Positions 43,777-53,376 of a DNA stretch of 64,000 bases are shown here, piece after piece; the first letter of the stretch is position 1, and each line of letters starts with the position of its first letter. Source of the stretch: Candidatus Vogelbacteria bacterium (lineage in GTDB: Bacteria; Patescibacteriota; Minisyncoccia; Phycocordibacterales; XYD1-FULL-46-19); assembly GCA_021414225.1 (NCBI GenBank), contig JAIOOX010000001.1, forward strand, positions 6,624 through 70,623. The letters run 5' to 3'. The translations under genes and the position numbers were made by a program. The notes beneath the pieces were generated by a model that saw nothing but the letters and a program-made list of their open reading frames with translations, searched no databases and had not been told where the DNA came from.

Positions 43777-44958
43777 CTAATTAATCAGTTTTTTAATTAC
43801 CCGGTCTATTCGATCAGCTATTTTGACCATATCTGATTCTTTTTTACCTCTAGTAGTTTCAGCTGCCGTACCTAGACGAATACCTGAAGGATCTACTGGC
43901 GAGCGACTATCAAATGGAATGGTATTTTTATTAACAATAATCCCCACCTTCTCTAGAGCTTCACTCGCCGCTTTTCCGCCCACCCCTTTACCGTCCAACC
44001 AAGTGTCAACCAAAAGTAGATGACTATCAGTTCCACCAGAAATTAATCGCCAGCCCTTTTTCTTAAGAGCTTCACCTAGAGCTTTAGCATTTTTCACTAC
44101 TTGTTTAGCATATTTTTTATAGGCCTCACTTTGAGCTTCAAGCAAAGTAACAGCCACAGCTGCTATCTGATTCAGGTGTGGTCCACCTTGTAAGCCTGGA
44201 AATACCGCTTTATCTATTTTTTTATATAAATCCCGGTCATCAATCAGAGAAAAGATCAGGGCACTCCGTGGACCTCGCAAGGTCTTGTGCGTGGTCGTAG
44301 TGACCACATCAGCATACGGAAAAGGACTTGGATAAACTCCACCAGCTACCAAACCAGCAATATGAGACATATCCACCATCAGCAAAGATTCTCCAGCATC
44401 AGCTATCTCTCTAAATTTTTTCCAATTGATATTTCGTGGATAAGCAGTAAAACCAGCTACGATAATTGTCGGCTTTTCTTTGATTGCTATTTTCTTTAAT
44501 TCTTCATAATCAATAACTTCCGTTTCCTTAGATACACCATACGGCACCTGAACCCAAGCCTTACCTGTCATTGATACCTTATAGCCATGAGTTAAGTGTC
44601 CTCCATGGTCAAGCGACATCCCCATTATTTTACCGCCCAGTGGCACCAAACCAAGGTAGACCGCCAAGTTCGCTGGAGAGCCAGACAAAGCTTGAACGTT
44701 AACATGCCATTTTTTAGCACTTAATTTAAATAACTTAAGAGCTCGATCCTTACAGATATTTTCAATCTGATCCACAATTTCATTGCCTCCATAATAACGC
44801 AACCCAGAATATCCCTCAGCATACTTATTAGTTAACTCCGAACCCAAGGCTTTAAGCACGTCAGCTGAAACATAATTCTCTGACGCAATTAAATTAACTA
44901 CTTTCTTCTGACGTTTTTTTTCTATGTCTATTAATTTAGTGATTTGTTTATCTTTCAT
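43777..44958 (-). CDS. glyA: Serine hydroxymethyltransferase
   Basis: LIASEN, NKYAEGY, GGHLTHG, TTTHKTLRGPR. Confidence 0.97.
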   Translation of the reverse strand: MKDKQITKLIDIEKKRQKKVVNLIASENYVSADVLKALGSELTNKYAEGYSGLRYYGGNEIVDQIENICKDRALKLFKLSAKKWHVNVQALSGSPANLAVYLGLVPLGGKIMGMSLDHGGHLTHGYKVSMTGKAWVQVPYGVSKETEVIDYEELKKIAIKEKPTIIVAGFTAYPRNINWKKFREIADAGESLLMVDMSHIAGLVAGGVYPSPFPYADVVTTTTHKTLRGPRSALIFSLIDDRDLYKKIDKAVFPGLQGGPHLNQIAAVAVTLLEAQSEAYKKYAKQVVKNAKALGEALKKKGWRLISGGTDSHLLLVDTWLDGKGVGGKAASEALEKVGIIVNKNTIPFDSRSPVDPSGIRLGTAAETTRGKKESDMVKIADRIDRVIKKLIN

Positions 44959-44960
44959 AA

Positions 44961-46250
44961 TTATTTTTCTTTAATATCACTTAAACCTCGACGAACATCC
45001 CAACTATCCAATTCTAAATCTGAATACAAAACTAGATCAGGAAACAGGGTTTTCAATCCATAATGCATTTGGTGAGCAATTTTTCTTAGAGTTGGGTGAA
45101 CCAGTTTACCTGATCGCAACTCTACTGTATAAACGGTCGCCGGCAAGCCATAAGTAACTTTACATGGCGTATTGAAACCCATCGCCACGTAATATTGTTT
45201 TATCTCATCAGTAGCCGACAAAGACTGAATCGCTTCTGTCTGATTTTTAATTAAAGTCAAAGCCTCTAACATTAAGTCATCCGGTAACTGATTTAAGTAC
45301 CAATCATTAAAACCACACTGCGGGGTCAATAGCGGCATCCGGCAAACACCATTACGATGGCGTTGAATGTCTCTGAACGAACCAAAGTCCATCAAAAATT
45401 CAAAAGTAATAGTTCCTAATTCCGTCAAAAAATGAGGCAGGTTAGTTTTGATTGGCCGTTTAGCCAATATCTCTTTGTATTGACTCAAGCTGGAAGCATC
45501 AATAGTGGTTGAATAAATAAAATTAGGATTACAAACTTTAGGATTATAAAAAGTAAAATTTTCAACTAAATACTGACGATAATTTTCCTGCCCTTCATAA
45601 TTCTTGTGCGAGAAACTGTTTGGGTATTTTTCAGATAAAGCCTGGTGAATACTCTCGGCCACCGCCCTAACTTCCGGTAATGGATTATAACGCATTAAAG
45701 CTAGTTTATCGGCCGCCTGACGTAAGTTGGTATGCCATGACAATTGAGTTGTTGATCCTGCTGGTAAAAACGAACGCAAGATATCAAAAGAACGAGCAGT
45801 AATAGCTTTCAAATACACATTTTCATCTTCTTCTGGCCGACGCGGATAGCGTTTTTGTAAGTAAGCAATCAACGGCTCTTTACTCTTACTATAAAAATCT
45901 ATCCAATTCTGAATAATTTTTTTAGATTCTGGTGTACCTAGAGGATCAACTATTTCTTGTTGAGCAAAATCAATATAGCGAGAACTAGTTTCTTGGCCAG
46001 AGTAAAGAGGCCAGTCTTGAACAGCTTTTGCCACCAACATACTTACTCCTTCAATAAAAACCGTCGTACTACCGCAATCCGCAATACTGGCATGACCATA
46101 GCCAACATAAAATTTCTCCATAAACTTACCTGAACCCGTTTTCTTAACCTTCTCCGCATGTTCCACCACACTCTCAGCACTCCGAGAGTATAACGCTTGC
46201 ATCATCGCAATATCTTCTGGATTAAATTCATCGTAGACAAAAGTTTTCAT
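44961..46250 (-). CDS. thyX: FAD-dependent thymidylate synthase, tandem-domain ThyX
   Basis: YGHASIAD, ETSSRY, RSFLPAG in the first half; FRDIQRHR in the second half. Confidence 0.85.
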   Translation of the reverse strand: MKTFVYDEFNPEDIAMMQALYSRSAESVVEHAEKVKKTGSGKFMEKFYVGYGHASIADCGSTTVFIEGVSMLVAKAVQDWPLYSGQETSSRYIDFAQQEIVDPLGTPESKKIIQNWIDFYSKSKEPLIAYLQKRYPRRPEEDENVYLKAITARSFDILRSFLPAGSTTQLSWHTNLRQAADKLALMRYNPLPEVRAVAESIHQALSEKYPNSFSHKNYEGQENYRQYLVENFTFYNPKVCNPNFIYSTTIDASSLSQYKEILAKRPIKTNLPHFLTELGTITFEFLMDFGSFRDIQRHRNGVCRMPLLTPQCGFNDWYLNQLPDDLMLEALTLIKNQTEAIQSLSATDEIKQYYVAMGFNTPCKVTYGLPATVYTVELRSGKLVHPTLRKIAHQMHYGLKTLFPDLVLYSDLELDSWDVRRGLSDIKEK

Positions 46251-46252
46251 AA

Positions 46253-46762
46253 TTATTTCATATTATCGTAAACTTCTAATTCATTATTCAAAAGCTCATA
46301 CTCCACACCAGCGTCTTTAAAAATTTCTTTACTCCGACCGCCACGATGATAATCCTTCAAAGCTACTACTCGCTTAATTCCAGCATTGATCACGATCTTG
46401 GCACAAATATAACAAGGGGTCATGTGACAATAAACCGTCGCCCCATCCAAACTAACTCCGACTCGAGCCGCTTGAGCGATCGCGTTTTGTTCGGCGTGAG
46501 TTGTCCGCACACAATGCAATGACTGGGTACCATCATCGTTTAAAACCGTACTCAGCTCATGACCAACTTCATCACAATGAGCCACCCCAGCTGGAGCACC
46601 CACATAACCAGTCGTTAAAATTCGTTTGTCTCTTACAATTACACAGCCAGACCGACCTCGATCACAAGTCGCTCGACTGCCAACCAACTCAGCAATACTC
46701 ATAAAATATTCGTCCCAAGACGGGCGACGATAAGACTCTTTGACCTGTTTATCTTCAGTCAT
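46253..46762 (-). CDS. dCMP deaminase
   Basis: RPSWDEYF, HAEQNA, PCYIC; start set at 46762, 7 nt after TATAAT. Confidence 0.93.
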   Translation of the reverse strand: MTEDKQVKESYRRPSWDEYFMSIAELVGSRATCDRGRSGCVIVRDKRILTTGYVGAPAGVAHCDEVGHELSTVLNDDGTQSLHCVRTTHAEQNAIAQAARVGVSLDGATVYCHMTPCYICAKIVINAGIKRVVALKDYHRGGRSKEIFKDAGVEYELLNNELEVYDNMK

Positions 46763-46917
46763 ATTGGTCATTATACTCCTCCCACTCAAAACACCCAGAC
46801 TTGTTTTGAGACTTTATTTGTTTTCTAAAATACCACCCTCCCCCAGAAAGCCTTGCTGCCAAAAGTCTGAACCAGTCCAATTAAGATACCTAGTCATTTT
46901 TTCCGAATGTGGATAAC

Positions 46918-46950
46918 AAAAACCCCCAAAGCTTACGCTTTGGGGGTTTT
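46918..46950 (-). terminator. Terminator directly after rplK
   Basis: AAAAACCCCCAAAGC-TTAC-GCTTTGGGGGTTTT. Confidence 0.85.
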
Positions 46951-46960
46951 CAAGATTTAT

Positions 46961-47386
46961 TTAATCAATCACATCTACACCCATTGACCGAGCGGTCCCC
47001 ATAACAGTCTTGATAGCTGTTTCTAATGAAGCAGCGTTCAGATCAGGCATCTTTCGTTCAGCAATTTCCTTAATTTTAGCTTTAGTGATTTTACCAATCT
47101 TACTAGTATTTGGCTTACCAGAACCTTTCTCTACCCCAATCGCTCGCATAATCAAGTTCGCTACCGGTGGAGTTTTAAGCACAAAATCATAACTACGATC
47201 TTCGTAAACTGAGATAATAACCGGGATAACGTCTCCCACCATTTCAGCAGTAGCTGCGTTAAACTTCTGAACGAAGTCGCCAATGTTAACCCCGGCTTGA
47301 CCGAGAACTGGACCAACTGGTGGTGCTGGATTAGCTTTACCGGCCGGAATCTGTAATTTAACTTGTTTTACAATCTTTTTTGCCAT
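46961..47386 (-). CDS. rplK: 50S ribosomal protein uL11
   Basis: [27 protein letters not shown]. Confidence 0.98.
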   Translation of the reverse strand: MAKKIVKQVKLQIPAGKANPAPPVGPVLGQAGVNIGDFVQKFNAATAEMVGDVIPVIISVYEDRSYDFVLKTPPVANLIMRAIGVEKGSGKPNTSKIGKITKAKIKEIAERKMPDLNAASLETAIKTVMGTARSMGVDVID

Positions 47387-47407
47387 ATTAGTGGTTTATA
47401 GACTACC

Positions 47408-47953
47408 TTAAATCTTCTTAACCTGCAAGAAGTCTAGTTCGACTGGAGTTTCGCGTCCAAACATAGACACCAATACCCTGACCTTACCTCTTTCATTGTC
47501 GATCTCACTAACCTTTCCTTCAAACTCTTTAAACGGACCATCCACAATAGTGATAGATTCCCCAACCACTAGATCAATAGCGTGCTTAGCTGAATCGTCA
47601 CCCATTCGACGGAATAGCTCATCAACCTCTTTCTTTTCTAGTGGTACCGGCACAGTTCCCGCTCCAATAAAACCAGTTACTCGAGGTGTATTTCGAACCA
47701 CATACCAAGAATCATCAGTAACAATCATATCTACCAAAACATAACCAGGATAAATTTTCTCTTCAATGGTCACTCTCTTGCCACCTTTAATTTTAACTTT
47801 GTTTTCACTAGGAACTAAAACATTAAAAATCTTATCTTCCATCCCTAAAGATTCAATACGTTGTTTCAAATTCCGAGCTACAGCATTCTCATAACCTGAA
47901 TAAGTATGAATAGCATACCAATTACGTCCTTGATCTAATTCTTGTTTAGCCAT
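47408..47953 (-). CDS. nusG: Transcription factor NusG
   Basis: WYAIHTYSGYE, YPGYVLV, VRNTPRVTGF, FGRETPVEL. Confidence 0.98.
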   Translation of the reverse strand: MAKQELDQGRNWYAIHTYSGYENAVARNLKQRIESLGMEDKIFNVLVPSENKVKIKGGKRVTIEEKIYPGYVLVDMIVTDDSWYVVRNTPRVTGFIGAGTVPVPLEKKEVDELFRRMGDDSAKHAIDLVVGESITIVDGPFKEFEGKVSEIDNERGKVRVLVSMFGRETPVELDFLQVKKI

Positions 47954-47965
47954 AGATATTATTTT

Positions 47966-48151
47966 TTAGCCTAAAATGACCGCTCGTAATATTAAATTAA
48001 AAATAAAATCAAACAAACCAAGGTAAGCTCCAGCCAAAATAGAGGTGATAATCACTACCACTGTAAAAATAACCGTATCTCTACGAGTCGGCCAGTTAAC
48101 GTGACGCAATTCACTTCGAGTACCCTTAATATATTCTGAAAGCCAAGACAT
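47966..48151 (-). CDS. secE: Preprotein translocase SecE
   Basis: ELRHVNWPT plus TM helix, upstream of nusG. Confidence 0.95.
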   Translation of the reverse strand: MSWLSEYIKGTRSELRHVNWPTRRDTVIFTVVVIITSILAGAYLGLFDFIFNLILRAVILG

Positions 48152-48295
48152 AATATTTGTTGTAAATTAAAACGCCCCGCAGGGCTCTTGCCATATTACC
48201 CCGCTAAAGGAGAAATGTCAACCAAACAAGGGCCTCAAAATAACAAAACTCGGGGGTGCCAGAGGACACACCCGAGTCACACACGAGACCACAGC

Positions 48296-48499
48296 CTACC
48301 GATGACACACCAGCTGTTGATGCTGTTGACGATCATACGCCACCGCACCAGAAACATTGATGGTTGTCGGTTTAGCAGGATCGCCTTCCAGTTTCAACCC
48401 CCGGAGGGCCGCCCGATAAAAAAGAATATCGGGCCAAGAGCCCTCGAACAAAATACCTGGCCAATTTGAAAAGATAACCGATTCCGTTTCCGTTTTCAC
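48296..48499 (-). CDS. Small hypothetical protein
   Basis: GGGAGGTG SD then GTG at 48499 (track start 48520); downstream hairpin near 48247-48277. Confidence 0.5.
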   Translation of the reverse strand: MKTETESVIFSNWPGILFEGSWPDILFYRAALRGLKLEGDPAKPTTINVSGAVAYDRQQHQQLVCHR

Positions 48500-48550
48500 A
48501 GGCACCTCCCGTTTGTTCAATCCAGCCTTTAGAAAACCATATTATAAAAT

Positions 48551-49567
48551 TTAACGCAACTCCGGATAGACAGTGTAAATAGCTTCTACCACTTTTTGTT
48601 TAGCTTCTTCGTTGGTGCCTTGAATCAAGGCCCCTGCTGCCGGTTTGTGGCCACCGCCCCCCAACAAGGAGGCTATTTTTGATACATCAAAACCACTTCT
48701 TTCTTTAACGCGAAAACTAATCCGGTTAAAACCTTCTTCCTTTTCAATTATTGAGATGCCAATATTCCAGCCTTTCACTGTAATCAAAGTGTTAGGCAAA
48801 CCTTGGTTTTTAATATTCTCTTCTTTAATTTCGTGCTGTTTTAATAGGCTATAAGGAATACTAATAATTGCCACTTGATCATGGCCAAACAATTCAATAT
48901 GTTCAAAAGCCATCGCCTTAAAATATAATTGCTCTGGTTCTAACTGATCACTAATAGCCGAGATAATAGCTGTAAAATCGGGATAAATTTCCACTAGCTT
49001 GGCCGCTATTTCAAAAGTTCGACTAGTGGTCGCCCTAAACCGAAAACCACCAGTGTCATAGTACATCCCCACCAACAAACAAATCGCTATATCTGGCGTA
49101 ATGTTTATTTGTAACTCTTCAAACAAATCATACAAAACTTGAGCTGTCGCTGGATAACCAGGCTCTATTAAATTAATCTGACCATAACCAGTATTGGTCG
49201 CGTGGTGGTCAATCACAATAGTTTTTAAATGATCAGGGAAAACTACCTCTTGTAGTCTGGTCACCATAACTGGTGCACCACTATCGAGAATAATAAATAG
49301 ATCAAATTGACTTAAATCCATTTCGCCAAAATTCTTATCAACTATCTCAGCCCAGCCAGGCAAGACAGATAGGTTTTCTGGTTTAGGAGAATCTCCACCA
49401 ATCACCACCACTTCTTTACCTATCCCTCTAAGGGCGTGATACACAGCCAAAGAACTGCCCACACTATCGGGATCGGGACTAGGGTGACAATGCAACAAGA
49501 TTCGTTCCGAGTTATCTATCGCCTCTTTGATTTGCGGAGTTAGTTGTGGAATGATAACGCTTTTCAT
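48551..49567 (-). CDS. DHH/DHHA1 phosphoesterase (NrnA-like)
   Basis: HPSPDPDSVGS, IDHH, DTGGF, GGGGHKPAAG. Confidence 0.92.
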   Translation of the reverse strand: MKSVIIPQLTPQIKEAIDNSERILLHCHPSPDPDSVGSSLAVYHALRGIGKEVVVIGGDSPKPENLSVLPGWAEIVDKNFGEMDLSQFDLFIILDSGAPVMVTRLQEVVFPDHLKTIVIDHHATNTGYGQINLIEPGYPATAQVLYDLFEELQINITPDIAICLLVGMYYDTGGFRFRATTSRTFEIAAKLVEIYPDFTAIISAISDQLEPEQLYFKAMAFEHIELFGHDQVAIISIPYSLLKQHEIKEENIKNQGLPNTLITVKGWNIGISIIEKEEGFNRISFRVKERSGFDVSKIASLLGGGGHKPAAGALIQGTNEEAKQKVVEAIYTVYPELR

Positions 49568-49569
49568 TT

Positions 49570-50067
49570 TTATTGTTTTCTTAAATCTTCAATGTTTTTA
49601 GTTAGGATTTCGATTTGTTTCTTAATCGTCTCCAAAGTCGCCACCGTCATATCTTCAATCTCATCATCCTGTTTTTCTATTTCATCCACATCTTGTTGAA
49701 TCTCGTCAACATTGTGTTGAATTTCATCCACATCTTGTTGCATCTCATCAACATCTTCTTGAATAGTATCAACTCCTGCTTGAATCTCCTCAATATCTTC
49801 TTCTACTTCTTCCAAACTAGCCGTGTTTCGATTAACAGTCATTTGAATGAAGATGGCTAAATAAATCGCCTCCAAAGAAACAATGGTCGTTAACACTAGT
49901 AACACCCGATCCCAATTAACACCTAGCAAGCCCAATAAAAAAGCTGAAATAAACAAGGCAGTATGAACAGCTAAGGATTCGGTTGAACCAATCCAGGCAG
50001 TCGCTTTGGTGGAAATTTTTTCCAAATTAAACCTTTTATTCTTTTTTGATTTTCTTTTTTTAGACAT
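49570..50067 (-). CDS. Two-TM membrane protein (DUF1003-like) with acidic heptad coiled coil
   Basis: LTTIVSLEAIYLAIFIQM; VDEIQQD-type repeats. Confidence 0.7.
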   Translation of the reverse strand: MSKKRKSKKNKRFNLEKISTKATAWIGSTESLAVHTALFISAFLLGLLGVNWDRVLLVLTTIVSLEAIYLAIFIQMTVNRNTASLEEVEEDIEEIQAGVDTIQEDVDEMQQDVDEIQHNVDEIQQDVDEIEKQDDEIEDMTVATLETIKKQIEILTKNIEDLRKQ

Positions 50068-50115
50068 TGCCGTCAAATATACTCACCAGTAGGAGTCCAG
50101 TATTATCAATTAGTA

Positions 50116-50523
50116 TTACTTTCCTTTGTTAACAAATTTTTCGAGAGTGTAACGACCAGCGCCAGCACAGATAACTCCAATAGAAGCCAACAACAAAACT
50201 AAATCCAACTCATAACCACCATTACCATAACCCATTCCCCCTTTAATTTTAGTGATCGCCCCCACCATAATAAACACAAAAAGCACCGCCACTGTCTGAG
50301 TAGCCACTCCTGCAATCATCAGCAAGCCACCCACCAACTCAATTATAGCCACCGACCAAGCCAACCAAGCTGGTAAATTGATTGAAGCAAAAAAAGCGAC
50401 CGTTGCCCCCATATTCATAAGTTTAGTTGCTCCGTGATACACAAAAGGGATACCAACCGTTAGACGTAGAGCCAACAAACCTAAAGCGGGATTGTCAGTA
50501 TAACTTTGAATGCGTTTCAACAT
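50116..50523 (-). CDS. DoxX family membrane protein
   Basis: LRLTVG..F..HG..K, ELVGGLL, GYE, GAGRYTL. Confidence 0.9.
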   Translation of the reverse strand: MLKRIQSYTDNPALGLLALRLTVGIPFVYHGATKLMNMGATVAFFASINLPAWLAWSVAIIELVGGLLMIAGVATQTVAVLFVFIMVGAITKIKGGMGYGNGGYELDLVLLLASIGVICAGAGRYTLEKFVNKGK

Positions 50524-50630
50524 AGGAAAGAAAATAAATTTAGTAATTACTAATTATAATAACACTTTATAGATTCAAACTCCAAAGGCGGGACTTAAAA
50601 AGCCCCGCCAACCTTACTCGCACCAAAGAA

Positions 50631-50906
50631 CTATGTCCGTCTTTTTTTATTAAACATTGCCATGTCTACAGCAATATTTACAGCCTCCCAAGATTTTATT
50701 TTATTGGACTCCAAATGCCGACGGTAATGTTGAGAATACAACTCCCTCCTAATCAACTGCCCGCACAAGTTACAAAGAAAACAACACGGCTCTGCCCAGT
50801 GCAGACAGTTTGGTCGGTCAGAAAACCTGTGACAACAGCAGTCACACACCTCCTCCGGTAAACAATCAAACACTAACAAGCGCCCTTCATAATGAGTGGT
50901 ACACAT
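50631..50906 (-). CDS. Small Cys/His-rich zinc-finger-like protein
   Basis: CDCCCH, CLH, CNLC-x11-H-x3-H; GGGAGG SD, TTGACT/TATTCT promoter, downstream hairpin. Confidence 0.6.
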   Translation of the reverse strand: MCTTHYEGRLLVFDCLPEEVCDCCCHRFSDRPNCLHWAEPCCFLCNLCGQLIRRELYSQHYRRHLESNKIKSWEAVNIAVDMAMFNKKRRT

Positions 50907-50971
50907 AAAAAAATCCTCCCATTTCTCTTCCTTTATTTAGAATACGCCCAACCAAACACCTAAGTCAAATA

Positions 50972-51451
50972 CTAGTGGCAAACATTTAAACCTCTCTTCA
51001 TTAAATACTTCTGGTGATAGTCTTCGGCCGGATAAAAAATTTCAGCTGGTAAAATTTGAGTGGCTACGCGATCGGCCAGCTTTCCCGATTCATCTAACCC
51101 TTGTTTCGATTGTTCAGCCAAATCCCGTTGCTCTGAAGTATGGTAAAAAATAACTGAGCGATATTGCGTTCCAGTATCCGGACCCTGACGATCAATTTGG
51201 GTCGGGTCATGGTTCTCCCAAAAAACTTTTAGTAAACTCTCGTACTTAATCTTGGTTGGATCATAGGTAAGATGCACCACTTCAACATGACCAGTCTCAT
51301 CGGTACACACTTCTTCATAAGTCGGATTAATCTTATCACCACCCATATAGCCCACAGCGGTCTCGATGACTCCTGTCAAAGTTCTGAAGGTTTCCTCCAC
51401 CCCCCAAAAACAACCAGCCCCAAAAGTCGCTTGTTGTAAGTTTTGTTCCAT
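50972..51451 (-). CDS. msrA: Peptide methionine sulfoxide reductase A
   Basis: [25 protein letters not shown]. Confidence 0.96.
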   Translation of the reverse strand: MEQNLQQATFGAGCFWGVEETFRTLTGVIETAVGYMGGDKINPTYEEVCTDETGHVEVVHLTYDPTKIKYESLLKVFWENHDPTQIDRQGPDTGTQYRSVIFYHTSEQRDLAEQSKQGLDESGKLADRVATQILPAEIFYPAEDYHQKYLMKRGLNVCH

Positions 51452-51481
51452 TAGTTAATTATACCACCCTGGTCAATAACC

Positions 51482-51928
51482 CTATCCAGCGTGATGATAG
51501 CCCTCGCCTTTGATTATAGTGAGTGATCGATAGACTTGCTCGGCCACAATTAGACGAACAATCTGGTGCGGGAAAGTTAGTTTACCTAATGACCATACAA
51601 TCTGACCTTTCTCTTTTACTTTCTTATCAAAACCATAAGCCCCACCAATTATAAAAACCAGGCGTTTATCACTTGACCCCATTCTTTCGTTCACTAATTC
51701 AGCTAATTTCTCTGACGAATAATTTATCCCTTCGTCGTCGAGTAATATACAAAAGTCGCCAGGCGCTAAAATAGACAAAATTTTTGAGCCTTCAGTTTTA
51801 GGATCGCTAGTGGGAATAATTTTCCAGTCAATCTGTGAATAATTTTTTATCCGTTTGGTATATTGTTCAATTCCCTCTCGAATAATGTCGTCGTGTTTCT
51901 TGCCGATCGTGATAATTAGAATCTTCAT
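51482..51928 (-). CDS. rlmH: 23S rRNA m3Psi1915 methyltransferase
   Basis: FIIGGAYG, SLGKLTFPHQIVRLIVAEQVYRS, YHH; start set at MKILI. Confidence 0.93.
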   Translation of the reverse strand: MKILIITIGKKHDDIIREGIEQYTKRIKNYSQIDWKIIPTSDPKTEGSKILSILAPGDFCILLDDEGINYSSEKLAELVNERMGSSDKRLVFIIGGAYGFDKKVKEKGQIVWSLGKLTFPHQIVRLIVAEQVYRSLTIIKGEGYHHAG

Positions 51929-52024
51929 GCCGAATATTATAACAAACTTTGTTTGGGTGAAGTACAAAAAAAACAGAAACCCCACCAGACCGAGAGAGCG
52001 GGGCTCTGTTTGGTCTGGTGGGGA

Positions 52025-52459
52025 CTAAGTTTGACTTGGTGTAGTAATTTGTTCACTTAGAAAAAAGAACTCCTCCGGAACTTCGAAAATTACGCACCTG
52101 GCCTTACCTATGGAACCCAACCCCTGCAACCAGGCTTCGCCTGTGAGCCACTGATAGTCTTCAAGCCGTTTGAAACGGTAGGTGACAAGTCGTGGCACAC
52201 GTTCACACTGGGCCTCAAACTCAAGGGTGCCCGAATCGAGGTCCAAGAGGACTTTTTCGATAAAACAGACACCTCTCTCTTCACGCAATCTACCGGTAAT
52301 GGCACCCTCAGCACAAACTTCCAGGAGTCCACTGAAGTGATTACCCGCCAAATCAGGGTCAAGGATGTTACGCGGCCCCCCTTGACCTGAGTTGGCCAGA
52401 TCGATTTTTAATGCCCCAGGAACGAGAAAACCTTTCAAAAAGAAATATCGATTACCCAA
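52025..52459 (-). CDS. Hypothetical protein
   Basis: AGAAAGGGGGTG SD then TTG at 52459 (track start 52468 lies in the SD); downstream hairpin. Confidence 0.6.
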   Translation of the reverse strand: MGNRYFFLKGFLVPGALKIDLANSGQGGPRNILDPDLAGNHFSGLLEVCAEGAITGRLREERGVCFIEKVLLDLDSGTLEFEAQCERVPRLVTYRFKRLEDYQWLTGEAWLQGLGSIGKARCVIFEVPEEFFFLSEQITTPSQT

Positions 52460-52527
52460 ATTTATCACCCCCTTTCTAATGAGATGTTCGGTCTGAAAAC
52501 ATTACTACCAAAAACAGGTTAGAAAAG

Positions 52528-53094
52528 CTAGTACTTACGAATCACCCCTTTCACTACTCCACCAATCGTTAAGGATTGTTCTGGATAGATCGCTTTAAAA
52601 TCTTTGTTAGCTGGTTCGAGCCAGGATTTACCGTTTTTAGTTTTAAAATATTTCATCGTCCATTCGCCGTCCACCTCAGCTATGACAATATCACCATCAC
52701 TAGCTCTATTGGTCTTCTCGACAATCACCATATCACCATCAGCGATATGCGCGTCGATCATCGAGTTCCCATCTACCTCTAGTAGATAGGTTTTCTCTTT
52801 TTTCTCGATCATCAAATCATCCAGACTAATACTATCAAGCATCGCTTCCTCCGCCATCGCCGGAAAACCAGCAGTCACCGAACCAAGTAAAGGTACTTCG
52901 CCAAAAATTTTATTTGGCAACAACTTCCCTTGGTTATCTTTAGTTACTATCCCCGCTTCGATCAACTTCTCTACCAAGCGATAAGCCGCATTAGAAGATT
53001 TGAATTGTAGCAGTGTCGCTATCTCGCGATACGACGGCATGCGCTTGTGCGTCCGATAAAAGTCTAGAATTTTGTTTTTGTATTGTTCAAACAT
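52528..53094 (-). CDS. lexA: LexA repressor
   Basis: PSYREIA HTH, AG cleavage site (VTAGFP), GNSM serine, TMKY lysine. Confidence 0.9.
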   Translation of the reverse strand: MFEQYKNKILDFYRTHKRMPSYREIATLLQFKSSNAAYRLVEKLIEAGIVTKDNQGKLLPNKIFGEVPLLGSVTAGFPAMAEEAMLDSISLDDLMIEKKEKTYLLEVDGNSMIDAHIADGDMVIVEKTNRASDGDIVIAEVDGEWTMKYFKTKNGKSWLEPANKDFKAIYPEQSLTIGGVVKGVIRKY

Positions 53095-53298
53095 TTAGAA
53101 TAAGAAAGTAGAGACTAAACGAAAAGCCCGTGGCCAAAAATAAGACTTGGTACTCATTCGTCTCATTTGGGTAAGTAGTTGGCGGTGGCGACGGGCGTCA
53201 TCGTGATAATCCAAACCAGTAATAATTTTAACGTCGATCTCTTTGTTAAGCTTGGAGAGCTCTCGCTCGATAGCTTGTCTGTATTGATTGTGATTCAT
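53095..53298 (-). CDS. Small hypothetical protein co-transcribed upstream of lexA
   Basis: Start set at MNHNQY (53298); stop abuts lexA ATG. Confidence 0.65.
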   Translation of the reverse strand: MNHNQYRQAIERELSKLNKEIDVKIITGLDYHDDARRHRQLLTQMRRMSTKSYFWPRAFRLVSTFLF

Positions 53299-53329
53299 AG
53301 TGATAATAAAGGTTAAACTTAATATCACT

Positions 53330-53358
53330 AGTTTAAGTGAACAAACGTTCACCGTCAA
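53330..53358 (-). promoter_or_regulatory. Sigma70 promoter with SOS-box palindrome in the spacer
   Basis: TTGACG-N17-TAAACT; spacer holds GTGAAC-N4-GTTCAC (53337-53352). Confidence 0.8.
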
Positions 53359-53376
53359 TAATTTCCTTGGGGATAA

